Of a stretch of DNA of 64,000 nt, positions 12,835-25,400 are shown piece after piece. The stretch is from Paraspadella gotoi. Its lineage: Eukaryota > Animalia > Chaetognatha. Position 1 is the first letter of the stretch. Every line of letters begins with the position of its first letter. Made by a program: the position numbers and the translations under genes. The notes below the pieces were generated by a model. It was not told the DNA's origin. It saw nothing but the letters and a program-made list of their open reading frames with translations, and did not search any database. The stretch is from positions 23,568,858 to 23,632,857 of the forward strand of contig CM119264.1 of NCBI GenBank assembly GCA_051294375.1. The letters run 5' to 3'.

Positions 12835-15800
12835 ATGGAGGAAACACGAAAAGAAAACGGTGCCGACTTGAACAACGACAACAACAACAACGGGCACGTC
12901 ACCGCCGCTACCGCCGACCAATCCATCCCCCACCCAAACCTCACCTCTTCCTTACCAAACTCCTATCGTCTCTACATCGAGGACGCGCCCCCTATCCGTC
13001 TCACTCTCCTTCTCGGCTTCCAACATTTTCTAGCGATGTACATGTCGACGCTGTCCGTGCCGTTCGTCCTGACGCCCGCATTGCGTACTGGCGGCGACCC
13101 GCTCGCGTTCGGACAGATCATGTCCACGCTCGTCGTGACGGCGGGATTGGGGACGCTGCTGCAGACGACGCTGGGGATCAGGCTACCAATGATTCAGGGA
13201 AGGGGAGAGAGATGTGGGGAAAAGAATTTCGGGATTAAGGAATTTTAAATACTATGTAAATTATAATCTGTCGTGTCGACTATACTACCGAGAAGCACAA
13301 AATTTTCAAGCTTACAGAAGATTCCGATTCTATAATTCACTCGGTCGGTCCGTCGGTCCGCCCCCCAATCTTGTCGGTAAGTCACTTCAATCATCGTCCA
13401 AGTGGAAATGAGTTTAAATGGAAAAAACAAAAAACCTGTTTTACTAATTGCTTATACTTATTTTTATTTTTATATTAAATGTAAATACAAGATGTATTAA
13501 TTATTCAAATAATCATTAAGTTAATTAATCAATTAGTCAATTAATTAATCAATAATTAATAAGACCTATAAGACCTAAAAACAAACATGTTTGAGCAAAT
13601 AATGTTGGATCTAATGAACTAATTAATTGAATAATTAATTAACTTTAATTAATTACCGCTAATTATCGTGGGCAGATCCGACATTGTTTGCTCAAACTTG
13701 TTTTAAATGCTCATGACTCTTTTAAACTATGATCTACCATAAGATGCACATTGCATAATGAGCATAATGAGCAGACGTTTCATACAGGGAGGATCGTTCT
13801 CTTATCTGATCCCCACCCTTGTCATCCTCGAGACAACGCAATGGCCCGACGACGACGATGACTACGTCGCAGCACCCGACGAGGCGCGCCCCGCGTGGCA
13901 CGGCCGCCTCTGCGCCATTCAGGGCGCCGTCATCATGGCCTCCTTGTTCGAGATCCTCCTGGGCCTTACGGGGGCCATCGGAAAGCTTTTGAGGTTCTTG
14001 GGGCCTTTGACCGTCGTGCCTGTGGTGAGTCCAGCTACTGACCTTTTTTGGGACGTTTTTCTGGTCTCCCACTCCCTACTTCTCTTCCTTAGGTGAGTTT
14101 AATCGGACTCGCTCTCTTCAAGTCTTCCGTACCCGCTTTGGCTCAACACTGGGGCGTCTCGCTCTCCACCGTCGCCCTCATCGTCCTCTTCTCTCAGCAC
14201 CTTCGAGACGTTTCGGTCCCGATGCCGCGATGCCGAAGAGGCGGCGGTGCCAGCGACTCTTCCTCCTCTTATCCACTCTTCCGCCTTTTTCCCATCGTCC
14301 TAGCAATGGGAATCATGTGGACCATCTGCGCATTGCTGACGGTGTCTGGAGTCTTGGACGCCGATGACGCGACAAGCAACGCCACCAACGGGACAACCAA
14401 CGCCACATTTACCGCTTTGAACGCCACGGCCGGCCCCGCCACCGCTCTCCATCCCCTCCATACGGGCCGAAAGTGGTCCTCAGTCACGAACTCACCCTGG
14501 ATCTACTTTCCTTATCCCTGTCAATGGGGCGCGCCCACCGTTGCCCCCGCCCATGTGTTGGGTCTCGTCTCTGCCGTCTTCGCCGCTACCTTCGAATCTA
14601 TCGGCGACTACTACGCATGCGCGCGCATCGCGGGGGCGCCGCCGCCGCCGACGCACGCCGTCAATCGCGGGGTCTTCGTCGAAGGCCTCATCGCGCTCTT
14701 GATGGGGTTGATGGGTTCGGGCAACGGCACGACCTCCTACAGCACCAATACGGCCATTCTCATCTTGACCAAAGTCGGGAGCCGCATCGTGATCCAAGCC
14801 GCCGGCGTTTGCATGATCGTCTTCGGCGTCCTGGCCAAATTTTCGGCGTTGTTCTCGTCGGCGCCGGATCCCGTGCTCGGCGGCGTTCTCTTCTTCATGT
14901 TTCCCGCCATCATGTCGGTGGCGTTGACTAATTTGGAGCACGTCCCCTTGCGGTCGTCGAGGTGAGATTGGGATTGTTTTTGATTGATTGATTTTGGTCG
15001 TTTGTTTGTTTTGACCGCGCTTCCATTTCTGTTTGTTATTACGATTAAAAATATTCACGTGTTAGTTCAGCAAAGCTACTTATTTATCTTGCGGTGCTCA
15101 ATTTTGATTTTGATTAACGTTAATTTAATAAAGTTATATTATGACCAACAGTTACAGTCCAATGGGTTAACGTGCAGGATTTCTGATGATTATCAAGATA
15201 ACTCTTCTTCTCAACTTGCCTCAAGAAAAAACCTTTCAACTAAAAATAATAATTCAATAATTGATTATCGATACTTAACTCTCATGTTTTGTCCGTTAGT
15301 CAAAAACCTCCTTATCTCCCTAATTAATCAGGAACTCATGCCTCCATTAAATGCTTATCAATCAATCAATCTTTTCATAATTCGTCTGTATGACCCCCAA
15401 AAAATGTATGAATTCTTTTCTTCTTTGTTTCGCCATATTGTCACCCTCTAACATCCTCTAACATCCTCTAACACCCTCTAACATCCTCTCCCCCCCTCCT
15501 TCCTCAGAAACGTGTTCATCCTCGCCTTCTCCCTCTTCGTCGGCCTCGCGATCCCCCACTACTTCTCGACGCCCGGCGCCGCAGTCGCCGCCACCGGCGT
15601 CGCGGTCGTCGACAACGTCTTCAACATCCTCCTCCGTACCTCGATGTTCGTGGGCGGCGTCACGGCCTTCGCGCTCGACAACTCCATCCCGGGGACGGCG
15701 GAAGAGCGAGGCTTGGCGGCCTGGTTGGAGGGGCGTGGCAGAGAGAGGGCGGAGGAGGAAGAAGGGAAGAAAGGAGATAAGGTCCCGGAGGTTAACGTTG

Positions 15801-16039
15801 CCATGGAGATGGAAAGCGTCGACGAAGGTGCCGGCGAAGAGAGAAAAGCGGATGCGGTGATAGCGACGACGACGACGACGAGGACGACGACGATGACGGC
15901 GACGACGAAAGCGGACGACGATGAAAACAAAACGGTGGTGACGATTAAAACCTACGATCTGCCACTGGTCACGGAATTTCTTGTCAAATGGAAAAAAATT
16001 TCCCGGTTTTGCCCCATTTCTCCGACTTATCGGGGTTGA
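12835..16039 (+). CDS. SLC23/NAT (NCS2) nucleobase-ascorbate transporter family member (~666 aa, 4 exons)
   Basis: Exons 12835-13197, 13788-14024, 14093-14961, 15508-16039 (2001 nt, phases consistent). Motifs: LYIEDAPP, TM1 LGFQHFL, GIRLPMIQGGSFSY, PYPCQWGAP, TM8 ESIGDYYACAR, PPPTHAVNRG, NAT-signature region SYSTNTAILILTKVGSR, SSRNVFI, LDNSIPGT.EERG, C-terminal FCPISPTY. One loop carries four N-x-T sequons (NAT, NGT, NAT, NAT). Confidence 0.93.
13310..13705 (+). mobile_element. Short internally deleted copy of the same HINE family in SLC23 intron 1
   Basis: agattccgattctataattcactcggtcggtccgtcggtccgccccccaatcttgtcgg matches 11670-11730. The 3' end gcagatccgacattgtttgctcaaacttgtttt matches 12718-12750. 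The same 3' end also appears inverted at ~62040-62080. Confidence 0.7.
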
Positions 16040-17049
16040 AAGGGGTGACGCGGATTTGGGTTTTTTATGATTCTTTAACAACATTGAAATTATGCAGTAT
16101 AAAAGCACAAAAACAAGTTTTGCTAAAATATTTTTAAAATTTTTTTAAAATTTCTTAATTTTCATGTACTTAACTTTGTTTTGTATATTTTATTATTACA
16201 TTTTTAAAGATTTGAATGTTTTCATAAGGTTGACCTTTTGTTATTCCGTCTATTGACAATAGAGCGAACTATATCTATGCTCGTCTGTTCTTTTTCGATT
16301 TTATTCAGCAAAAGGGCATCGATGTNNNNNNNNNNNNNNNNNNNNNNNNNCCCGAAATAATTCGCGTATTTCTTAATTTGGAATCAACTTTTAACTTCTC
16401 GTGCCGATTGAGGCACGTTTAGATCATATCGTCTAGGTAAAAATATAAACATTTCAAGTTGGTATTTTTTAAATAATGGCCCCGTAGTATCAATCAAAAA
16501 CCTTGCCGATAACTACGTACTAAGTACTCAGCGTCTAAGCGAAGTTATCGAATTCCGTGGGAAAATTGATGTTCCTGGATCGAGAGAGTTATCTTTCAAA
16601 TTAGTAGAGGAACGAGAAGAGGAAGAAGTGTGCGTGGATCAAGGGGAAACAGTGAGAGCGAAGTTTTTTTTGTTTCAGTAGTAAATATAAATTAGTTTTA
16701 TTTTTATAGAATAACAGTAAGAGGGCAAAAAATAGGTAAATTTGAGAGAGAATAAACTTGAAAGATAGAAAGAGAGAGGCTGAGAGAAAGATACAGGGAG
16801 AGAACCAACAGTCTACGTAATTCCGAAACACCGTCACAGAATATCTGTTTTTGTCCAAATTAGACGCTGCTTGACGCGAGGGAATGACTTCGCTGACGGG
16901 AATGGACGTCAACAGCTGGTCGTTGCGATCTGATATTCTTGACGTCGATAGACGCGATGCCCGAATCAATCATTTAAATATTTAATTAAAAAAATTTATT
17001 ATTTATTAAATAGTTAAATATTATTCATATTAACAATTTAAAGAAACCT

Positions 17050-19276
17050 GACATTTTTAATCATAATTGAAAAATATACGTGGCGTTTACTGTCAGTCAG
17101 ATTCTTGCTGATTTTGTCCCTAACAATTGGTTCTAGAAGCCAAATTAATTGATTATTTTTATCTTTTGTTTGTTATATATTGTGCGATATACAACTAATC
17201 TTGTGACATTACTGTGTCTGACCATAACCTTGACCATTACAAAAAGCTAACTAGATCAAAAAATAGTAAAAAAGATGAGCAATATAGCTCGAAACGCTTA
17301 CAAAATTTTAAGACCATTGCTTTTATAAATGCAAAAAAAATATTAATATTATTAAAACAAACTTTAACGATAACTTAATAGTTAACCGAGACCAAGATGA
17401 ATATTTTTTACCCATCATTTCCTCATTTATATGATCATATGTTTGTAATTAGTCAATTAATCTAAATAACAATATGACAAATTCATTTTCAACTTTTTTT
17501 ATGAATGGGAAGTTTTCTCTGCTTACTCCCCTTGTATTGTAATTATCTAATATTTAAAGGTATTTCCAAAACTTATATATACTATATTTTCACTTTTTTT
17601 CAATTACTTTCAAACAAAAACAACATCATAAAAACATTTTAAATTAATAAAAAAAAATTGATTGAATGATTTTGGAAAAAAATATTTTGAAACTTGAGAA
17701 TTATGGATTTTGAGTTAGGAAAAAAATTTGCCAATTCTAAAAAAATCAGCCTCTAGCCCTTTCATTTTTCTAGAGGCTGATTTTTTTATTTTTTTGATAT
17801 TTGATTTTCTATGCAAAACCATTATTCTCAATGAGCATAGGTCGAGAAAAATTTTTTTCCAACAATTTATAAAAATTTTTTAAACTTTTTTAATTAGGCT
17901 TTTTTTAGGAAATAAATAAATCAATTATTATACGATGGGTACATCTGAAAGTGATATTCTCTAAATGACAAAAAAATTTTCCTTTAAGTTTTATTTTAAA
18001 ATAAAGTATTGTATCAATAGAAATAAGTGAGATACTCCCGCTTTGCCAAAATTTTTTATTTAACAAAGATTTGTACTGCGTAGAAAGAGCTAGCCAAGAT
18101 GGGTGTGGTATCAAATTAAAGCCCTAATCATGGGACACCTTTCTAAAAAAGTTTTATTAAATTAAATCCATAAATTTTATACAGCTTTTGTTTAAATCAG
18201 AGTTAAAAAGTATAACAGTTTCTTGGCTTTAAAAATTTCAGATGAGCATATGAATTTGTTTTATTTTTCTATTTGTAATTCTGAAAAAGGAAAGACTGAA
18301 TTACATTTTGATTATTATTAAATTTTCTTTATTCCACTAAAACTGCATATATTTTTAAGTTAAAGTAAAAAACAAGCAAACATTTATGGTTGTAGCTTGA
18401 TAAAATGTTTTTTTAAATATCAAAAATGATAAATACAAAAATGTTTTCAGCTTGATATAAACAGTCTGGACAGTCTACCTTCTTGTCTGTGAAAAAAAAT
18501 TAGCATTTTCATTATTTTTAACTGCAAACTAAAAGCTTGACAGCCCATGGCTTGTTATCATATAAGTTTAAAAATTATATAATGGTAATATATTTGATAA
18601 AGCCCAAGAATCATTGTGTTAAATTGTATTGAATAATTTTCTTTAAACATAGCAAGGAATTTAATTCTATTATTTATCATTCATTTTAATTAATAAAAAA
18701 ATATTTCTCGTAATAGGCCCATTAGAAAGGGTTTCATTGACTGACTTAATGATCTAATTTTTTAAATATCTTTACTGCCCCCATTTCACAAGATATAAAA
18801 GGTCATGGTTATCATTTCAGTAAGTCCAGATTATCTGTACCCTTTATACAACTGCATTCTGAATTTTTCTTTTTATTCCCTTTCCAAATGTATTAAATAA
18901 AAAAAATATTGAGAGAACAATCGGCGTGGAGGATGCCATTGGTAAAGCCTTAGTTACCCACTTCCTGATCGAATTTTTAATGAGGTTTTTTTTCCATCTA
19001 TTTGAGACATAAACACTAACTATTGGTACTATTATTTTTTTTTATTTTTTTCTATTACAATTTTAGGAATAAATATGAATAAGTAACTTTTTAAAAAATT
19101 ATCATCTTTCACGCCTATATATTGGTCATATCTAAAAACAAAAAAATTTTGCATTGATATTTTGGATATCGACATATGAAACTAATGTTTAAAAAATAAA
19201 AAGAAATAAATAATATTGAACAGTGAATTTTTTTTATGCACGGAACAGTAACGCCACGTTATTTTTCATTGTGTCC
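17050..19276. mobile_element. ~2.2-kb AT-rich non-autonomous DNA transposon with terminal inverted repeats
   Basis: Left aattgaaaaatatacgtggcgtttactgt (17066-17093) is the noisy reverse complement of right acagtaacgccacgttatttttcattg (19245-19271). The duplicated locus at ~34975-34995 lacks the whole segment. No transposase ORF. Confidence 0.7.
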
Positions 19277-20630
19277 TACAGGTCCTACAGGTCTGTTGTA
19301 TGTGCGTAAAACGATCGCTACTTAAATGTTTGAAGAGTGTCCTCTATTTTTTTTGCACAGGACTGTATGGGTACAGACAACGATAAAATCCCATAGAAGT
19401 GATGGGAAAATGGAAGACAAATCCTGTTAGTAGAGAGTACATTTTGAGTGAATGGGAAAAAAATTGAAAAAAAAGAAGAAAAACTTAAACATTAAAGGGT
19501 ACAGTGCCACTCCATCGAGAAAGTGTAACAAAATAAACTAAAAAAATCGATAAAAGTGATATGAAGGAACTGAAATGAAAAGGAGGAAAAAAAGAGACAG
19601 AAAAATATAAGAGAAGAAAAACAAAAAAAAAAAAAAAGGAAGGAAGAAGAAGAGAAGGAAATAAGGAAGGAATTTTTGTCATTCCCGGAGACAAAGCGGA
19701 GTTAAGCGATGGTAAATGAGCAGAGTTCCGGCGAAGAAGTTTCCGAGGAGAAGTACAAGAGATTAATCATCATCAAGGACAGGAAAAGAGAGAGAGAGAA
19801 AATAGGAGGGGAGATGTGAGAGGGAAAGGGGGGTATGAGAAAGTTAAAAAAGGAAGGAGAATAGAAAAAAAAGGGTAGAAAAAAGTGGAAAGGGAAGTGG
19901 AAGGGGAGGAAGAGGATGAGAGAAAAACAAGGAAAGGAAATAAGGGAAGGAGGGAAAGATAAGGAAAGAAGAAATTAAAGCGACATAATGAAAATGTGAT
20001 AGGATGAGGAGAAATAAAACGTAAAGATGAGGAGGTTGATGTTGTATTAGTGAACAAAAAATAGAGAAAGGACAGAAAGGTTTGGAACGAGGATGGATCT
20101 CAGAAGAGATACCTTATGATGGAAAAAAGGAAGGAAAGACCCCTAGGTCGCACGACGAGAGTCAACACATTTCCATGCCTCTCTCTCTTCTCTCCTCTTC
20201 TCCTCTCTCATCTCTCCCTCTCTCTCTCTCTCTCTATCTCTTCCTCCTCTCTCTCTCTCATAAGTTAGCCTCTACTGTGATTGAAAAGAGTCGATTTGTC
20301 GGATCTCTCTCGATTCCAACTCCCGCGCGAGAAACGAGTTGTCTCTGCTTTCATTACCTTAACCTCATATCTGTGACCGTAAGGATAATGAGAGACGACG
20401 ACGAACGATGTTGCCTTTCCTCGTTCTCCTTGGTACATGTCTTTTCACAGTCATCTCTAGCGTCGTTTAGGAACTAAAAAACATCGCTTTCCTTTCTTTT
20501 CTTTGTCTCTTTTTTATTCATTCTCTTGTTGTTCTGATGCTATCTTCTTTAGTTTTCTTGTATTTTCTTTTTTATGATCTGACCAATAGATGTGAAATGT
20601 AATTTTTTAAGTAAAGAAAAGGAAAAGAGG

Positions 20631-20670
<40 letters not shown>

Positions 20671-22499
20671 TGTGTGCAAAAAAAAGAAGAGCGATAACTT
20701 TTTAATGTTCCAAGAGAATCCACCATCTGGTCACGATTTCTGCTCACACTTGGCGTCGAACCAAATTGGCACTTTTTTCACCTTTTGATTTTTTCTTTTC
20801 TTATTTTCTTTTTTCTTATCAATTGTTTTTCATCTCCCTTGTTCTTTCTTTCCTTTCTCTGGAACCTTTACTCCCCCATCATCCTACAACTTAAAACCCA
20901 GTGTCTGGTTTTCAAATAACTACTTTTTCTTTTTTCGCTTTTATTCCGTCTTATTGTTTCTCAACCGCCACGCGTCATTCTTTTCTGAAGGTCGAAAAAT
21001 TTTAATAGTTCACATCTTCGCCTTTTTCTTTGAACGCGCCGCGTGAAAAAACCCCCCCCATTCTTTTCATGTCACTCTGTTTAAATAAATTTAAAAAAAA
21101 AACTTTAAAGCTGGATCTGAATTTTACTTTGTCTTACCCTTTATTTGCGTAAAACTTCAAAAATCTTTTTCTCGTTCTCAGTCATAACTTTCCGTCTCAG
21201 AGACACAGTAGGCCACACATAACCTTTCTTTCAAAAATAAACAAAACTTCAAAACATCATAGCCTTTTAAAAATAAAAATGTTCAAATTTTTAAAGTTAC
21301 ATAAGAGTTGATATTTTAAAAGCTTGTTAAATTTTAGGATGTTAATAAATTAGAAGAGGTTCCTAAAGCTATGCTCTCGTCTATTTCGATCATCGCCTTT
21401 CTCTCTCATTTCGTTCTCAATATCACACTTCCTGTGTCCAGCCTATAATTTAACCTATATATCGGTCACAAACGAAAAAAAAAAAATGGCACGACGATCA
21501 CACAGAGTGGAAATGGAAAGGGCAAGGTGCGCGTCTAGAGAGGAATATCCTTCACAGTCTGTCTTCTGGCCGTTTCCGTCTGTGTCTCTTACATACAATG
21601 AATACGTCTAACGTATGGGTTGACTTTTTTAAATATCTTTTAAACTTATTCAATAAAGCAATATAAAGGATTATGACATTCATTTAATAAATAAGCCTTT
21701 CGTTAGCCGTCATGAATTTCGAACACGTCTGTGGACCTAGTGATGTTATTTACATACCTTGTACGTACTGTGTACTTTTAAAATCGATCTCATGTTCTAA
21801 TACTGTTCATCTCCTCATCATTATCTCTCTCACACCATCCCTTTTTTTCTTCCCCATCCCCCTCACCGACAGAAATTCAATTTTGACTAAGGGGTCATTC
21901 TCTCGTTTTAAGAAATTCTGAAGACACGGCGGTCTCCTCTCTCGCCAGGCACGGGCAACGCCGGGTCTTCTCCTCTCTTCCCAAGTCACAGGCTTTTCTA
22001 ATCTCGTGGCTAAACCAAAACATCGGGAATAAAAAACAGAGAGATCCTCATTCTGTTTCGCATCAGCGGGAAGGGAGGTGGAAAAGGGAGGAGGAAGAGA
22101 GGAAAAGGAGGAAAAAATCGAGAGGAAGGATGGGAAGAAAGAAAAGAAAAATAGAAAAACATATTGGTTGATAAAAAGAGAGCCAAATATAATGAAGCAA
22201 AGCGTGAGGAGGAAATGAGTCGCAAAAAATGTATATAAAAGATTTTGTTAAAACAACCAATTTTTCTGGCTCATCGATTGTTTAGAATAAATAGGGTAAT
22301 TAGGGCTGTAAGTATACATAGTTAATAAATTTACAAATGTTTTAGATGCCCGCGATACTCATACTTAGAGCTATTCCAAAGGTATAAAAGTATGGTAGAT
22401 ATAGTAGATACAATAGGGGAGAGGGAAATTAAGGAGAAAAAGAGATGGGGGTAAGAGAGAGGAGACTTTTTACCTGGGAACATTGTACTTCAGTAACTC

Positions 22500-25400
22500 C
22501 CACATTTGGCAGGCAAAATCGCCTCCACTTTGCGTCTCGCCCGCGCCCGCGGTCTGCGCGTGCTGCGCTTGCCGCGACCGTTGCGTTTAACTAGACGACC
22601 GCGGTTGTGAGTACGATATTTGCGCCTTCTCCATTGATATATATTAAGGACATCGTAATCCTCGAGCACAGATACCGTAGATTTGTGTCCAGAATAGTGT
22701 TAAAGACGAACCACCGGGTGCTTATGCTTCCTCGGACACTGCTTTAGTCTGCGTGGCCGTGGAGCCGGAGCGGCGATTGTTCATCCTTCGCGCCCTTTCG
22801 TATTTTAATTCCAACACGATATCCTAGCGGTAGGCTGGGACCATGAGATGTATCTTCGAATTTATGGCTTCATGCTGTCTCGATATGATTACGCTAGCGG
22901 GCGCACTAAAGCGTACCTGGGCGATCTCTGTGGATAACGATCGATGTCACATCTATTTCCTTAATGTCCCCTTTCTTCCAATAAATGTGGGAATGTCACT
23001 GCTCGGGACCAAAAGAAAAAAATTGGCTGTCTTAGAGCGTATGAGCTTCGTCTTATAGGTTTTGGGTTCCAGATTGATCGTTCTCAAACTGTTATTTTGT
23101 TTTTCGAGGACGTTGGTTTCGGGTTTTTTATTAAAACTCCGCGAAATTTTAGAATAAAAATTGCCTTATCTTTATTTTTGTCCTGGACGCCTCAATCTTC
23201 TCTTCCGATACTTGAAAAAAAAAAAATACATAATAAAGCAGCTCTAATCTGGTCAGACACGAAATAATTTTTATGGTTTAACGACTGAGAGCGAATTTCC
23301 CTTTTCTTCTCTTTTAATGGGATGGCGAAAAAAGGAGACGCGGGAACGAGCTCGAACTTAGACGAATTGGAGCGATCGACCGAGCGAGAGCGTCGAGAGA
23401 GATAGAGCCTGTCCGGAACCTGAGTTGCGTGCTGTCAACCTCCTTGTAGAAAAAAACGATGCATGAGATTACACAAATTGTATTTAATTAGAGTAATGAT
23501 AAAAAAACATAACAAACAAATTAGAGAAAAAGAAACTAAAGAAGTGTGCTGAAATATCGATATTTACGTTTTGATGAAAAACAGTTAGCTTTTTAGAATG
23601 AAATACTAATAGTATTAGAGAAGCAAGAAAACAATCGGGGGCGGTTCGGAGAGAGACAGCAGCGAAGCTAGACGACGGCTAGAGGCTCATCGGTAGACAT
23701 GGCGGAGTGAATACGCGGATCTCTGCACCGATGGAAAAAGAGACGAGATACGGCAGCTAGCGATAGAGATTGAGCCGGTGTTGTCTATACCGAGATCGTG
23801 TCAATAAGTGTCCGGGCCGGCGTTTGTGAGTTGAAATGAAAATCAGTTCACTCGGAATCTACATGTGTCTAAATATTAAATCACCTCATATAGCGACTTT
23901 AAATAGACGTATTTCTTTCCACTCCGTACTGAAAGCTGATTAGTTCCAAAATACTTTCTGGCACGTAGTTGACCCGTCGTTTTTAAGAATCGGTTGTGTT
24001 AACGGGGCTCCCTTGGAGTTATTTTCAGCTTGCTGAACGTTTCTTCTTCCCGTCTCTCTGCTGTTCTGGTACAGGTTTTTCTCCCAGCGACCGTTGAGGG
24101 TATTGTGCTCTCCGATTGCAAATATGCTCAATGGCTTATTTCGCTCAGGTTAGCATGTTTCCTCTCCTTGGCTAGAATTTTTCAAAAAAAAAAAAGTAAA
24201 AATCCCGAATTTTTTATGCCGACTTTTCGTGCGGCCTTGCTGCCATTACGCTTTGAATAAGCACCCTTACTGTTGTAATGATAATATATTTTTATGAAAA
24301 ACAATAAAATAAAATGTTAAAAAAATTTGGGTCTTATCTTATAATTATAGGATATTAAAAGTTATGTTGTCTGAGAAAATCAGAATTCGCAAAAATCTTT
24401 TTCACACCCACCAATGACGGCCGCTTTCTATGTTTATAAGTTCTTTCTATGGAGTTAAAACTTATTAAAGATATTTCAGCTCATTGAATTACAGCAGAAA
24501 AACCTCGTAAAAGGTATATTTTAGAAACTGGAAAATGTTCTTTTTCTATGTTCCCTCGCCAAGACATGTTATACAAAATAATTGATACGGTAAACGACAA
24601 GAACGCACAAATTACCCAACTGAAAGAATTATTTGCATGAGATGGTTTGGAAATTGAGATTAATGCAAATTAATAAGACGAGAGGAATGAAAGAAAAAAT
24701 CCTATTGCAAAAAAATGAAATAGCTTATCTTGCTTTGGGGAAGTCCTGTGATATAGTTGGATCGCATGAGCCAACGGCTGGTTATTGGAGTGATCAAGTG
24801 AAATTTTCTCAATTTTTTGTTTTATATAAAAGAACCAAGAATAACGTCCCAGGTCGGAAATCATTTTCAAACTAATGAATTCGGTACGGTCGGTTATACA
24901 GTCCAATAACCACCATTCTTTTCATTTCACTCTCTGTCTAATTATAGTTTCTCTCGGCTTTCCCCCCTCCTCATAAGACCACGCATTATTGGTCCACCGT
25001 ACTAGATTGTTTCTAAAGAACATCGCAATATATATTCTGCGCATTCTCGGTCGACTCACCTCCGGTTAATGAGAGATACATTCAGAGCTTATTACTATTA
25101 ACATATTGGGTCTCATGAGAACAATATCATCCCAAAGTCCTCGATATTCTATATTGTTCATTAATTGCCAATTATAGTATTTTAAATATTTCTTTCTCAA
25201 CGTTATGATTTCAGTAAACTTCTTCCTTATGTTTAATATGTATGTACTTATTAATAATATATCTATAGTCTCGAGTCAGTAATGATCTCAATACTTTGGT
25301 TCTTTTATAATTTATCATTCTAATAATGATATATACCTCTATAGGATATTTTGATCGCCGGTGCTGCCTTTCGTTTACCTTTACATGTTTAACCTCTCAA

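Noticed and set aside
16858-16972. Minus-strand frame IDSGIASIDVKNIRSQ...SSV* as a terminal exon
   Set aside because: No adjacent AG acceptor in either copy, and the two copies disagree in frame.
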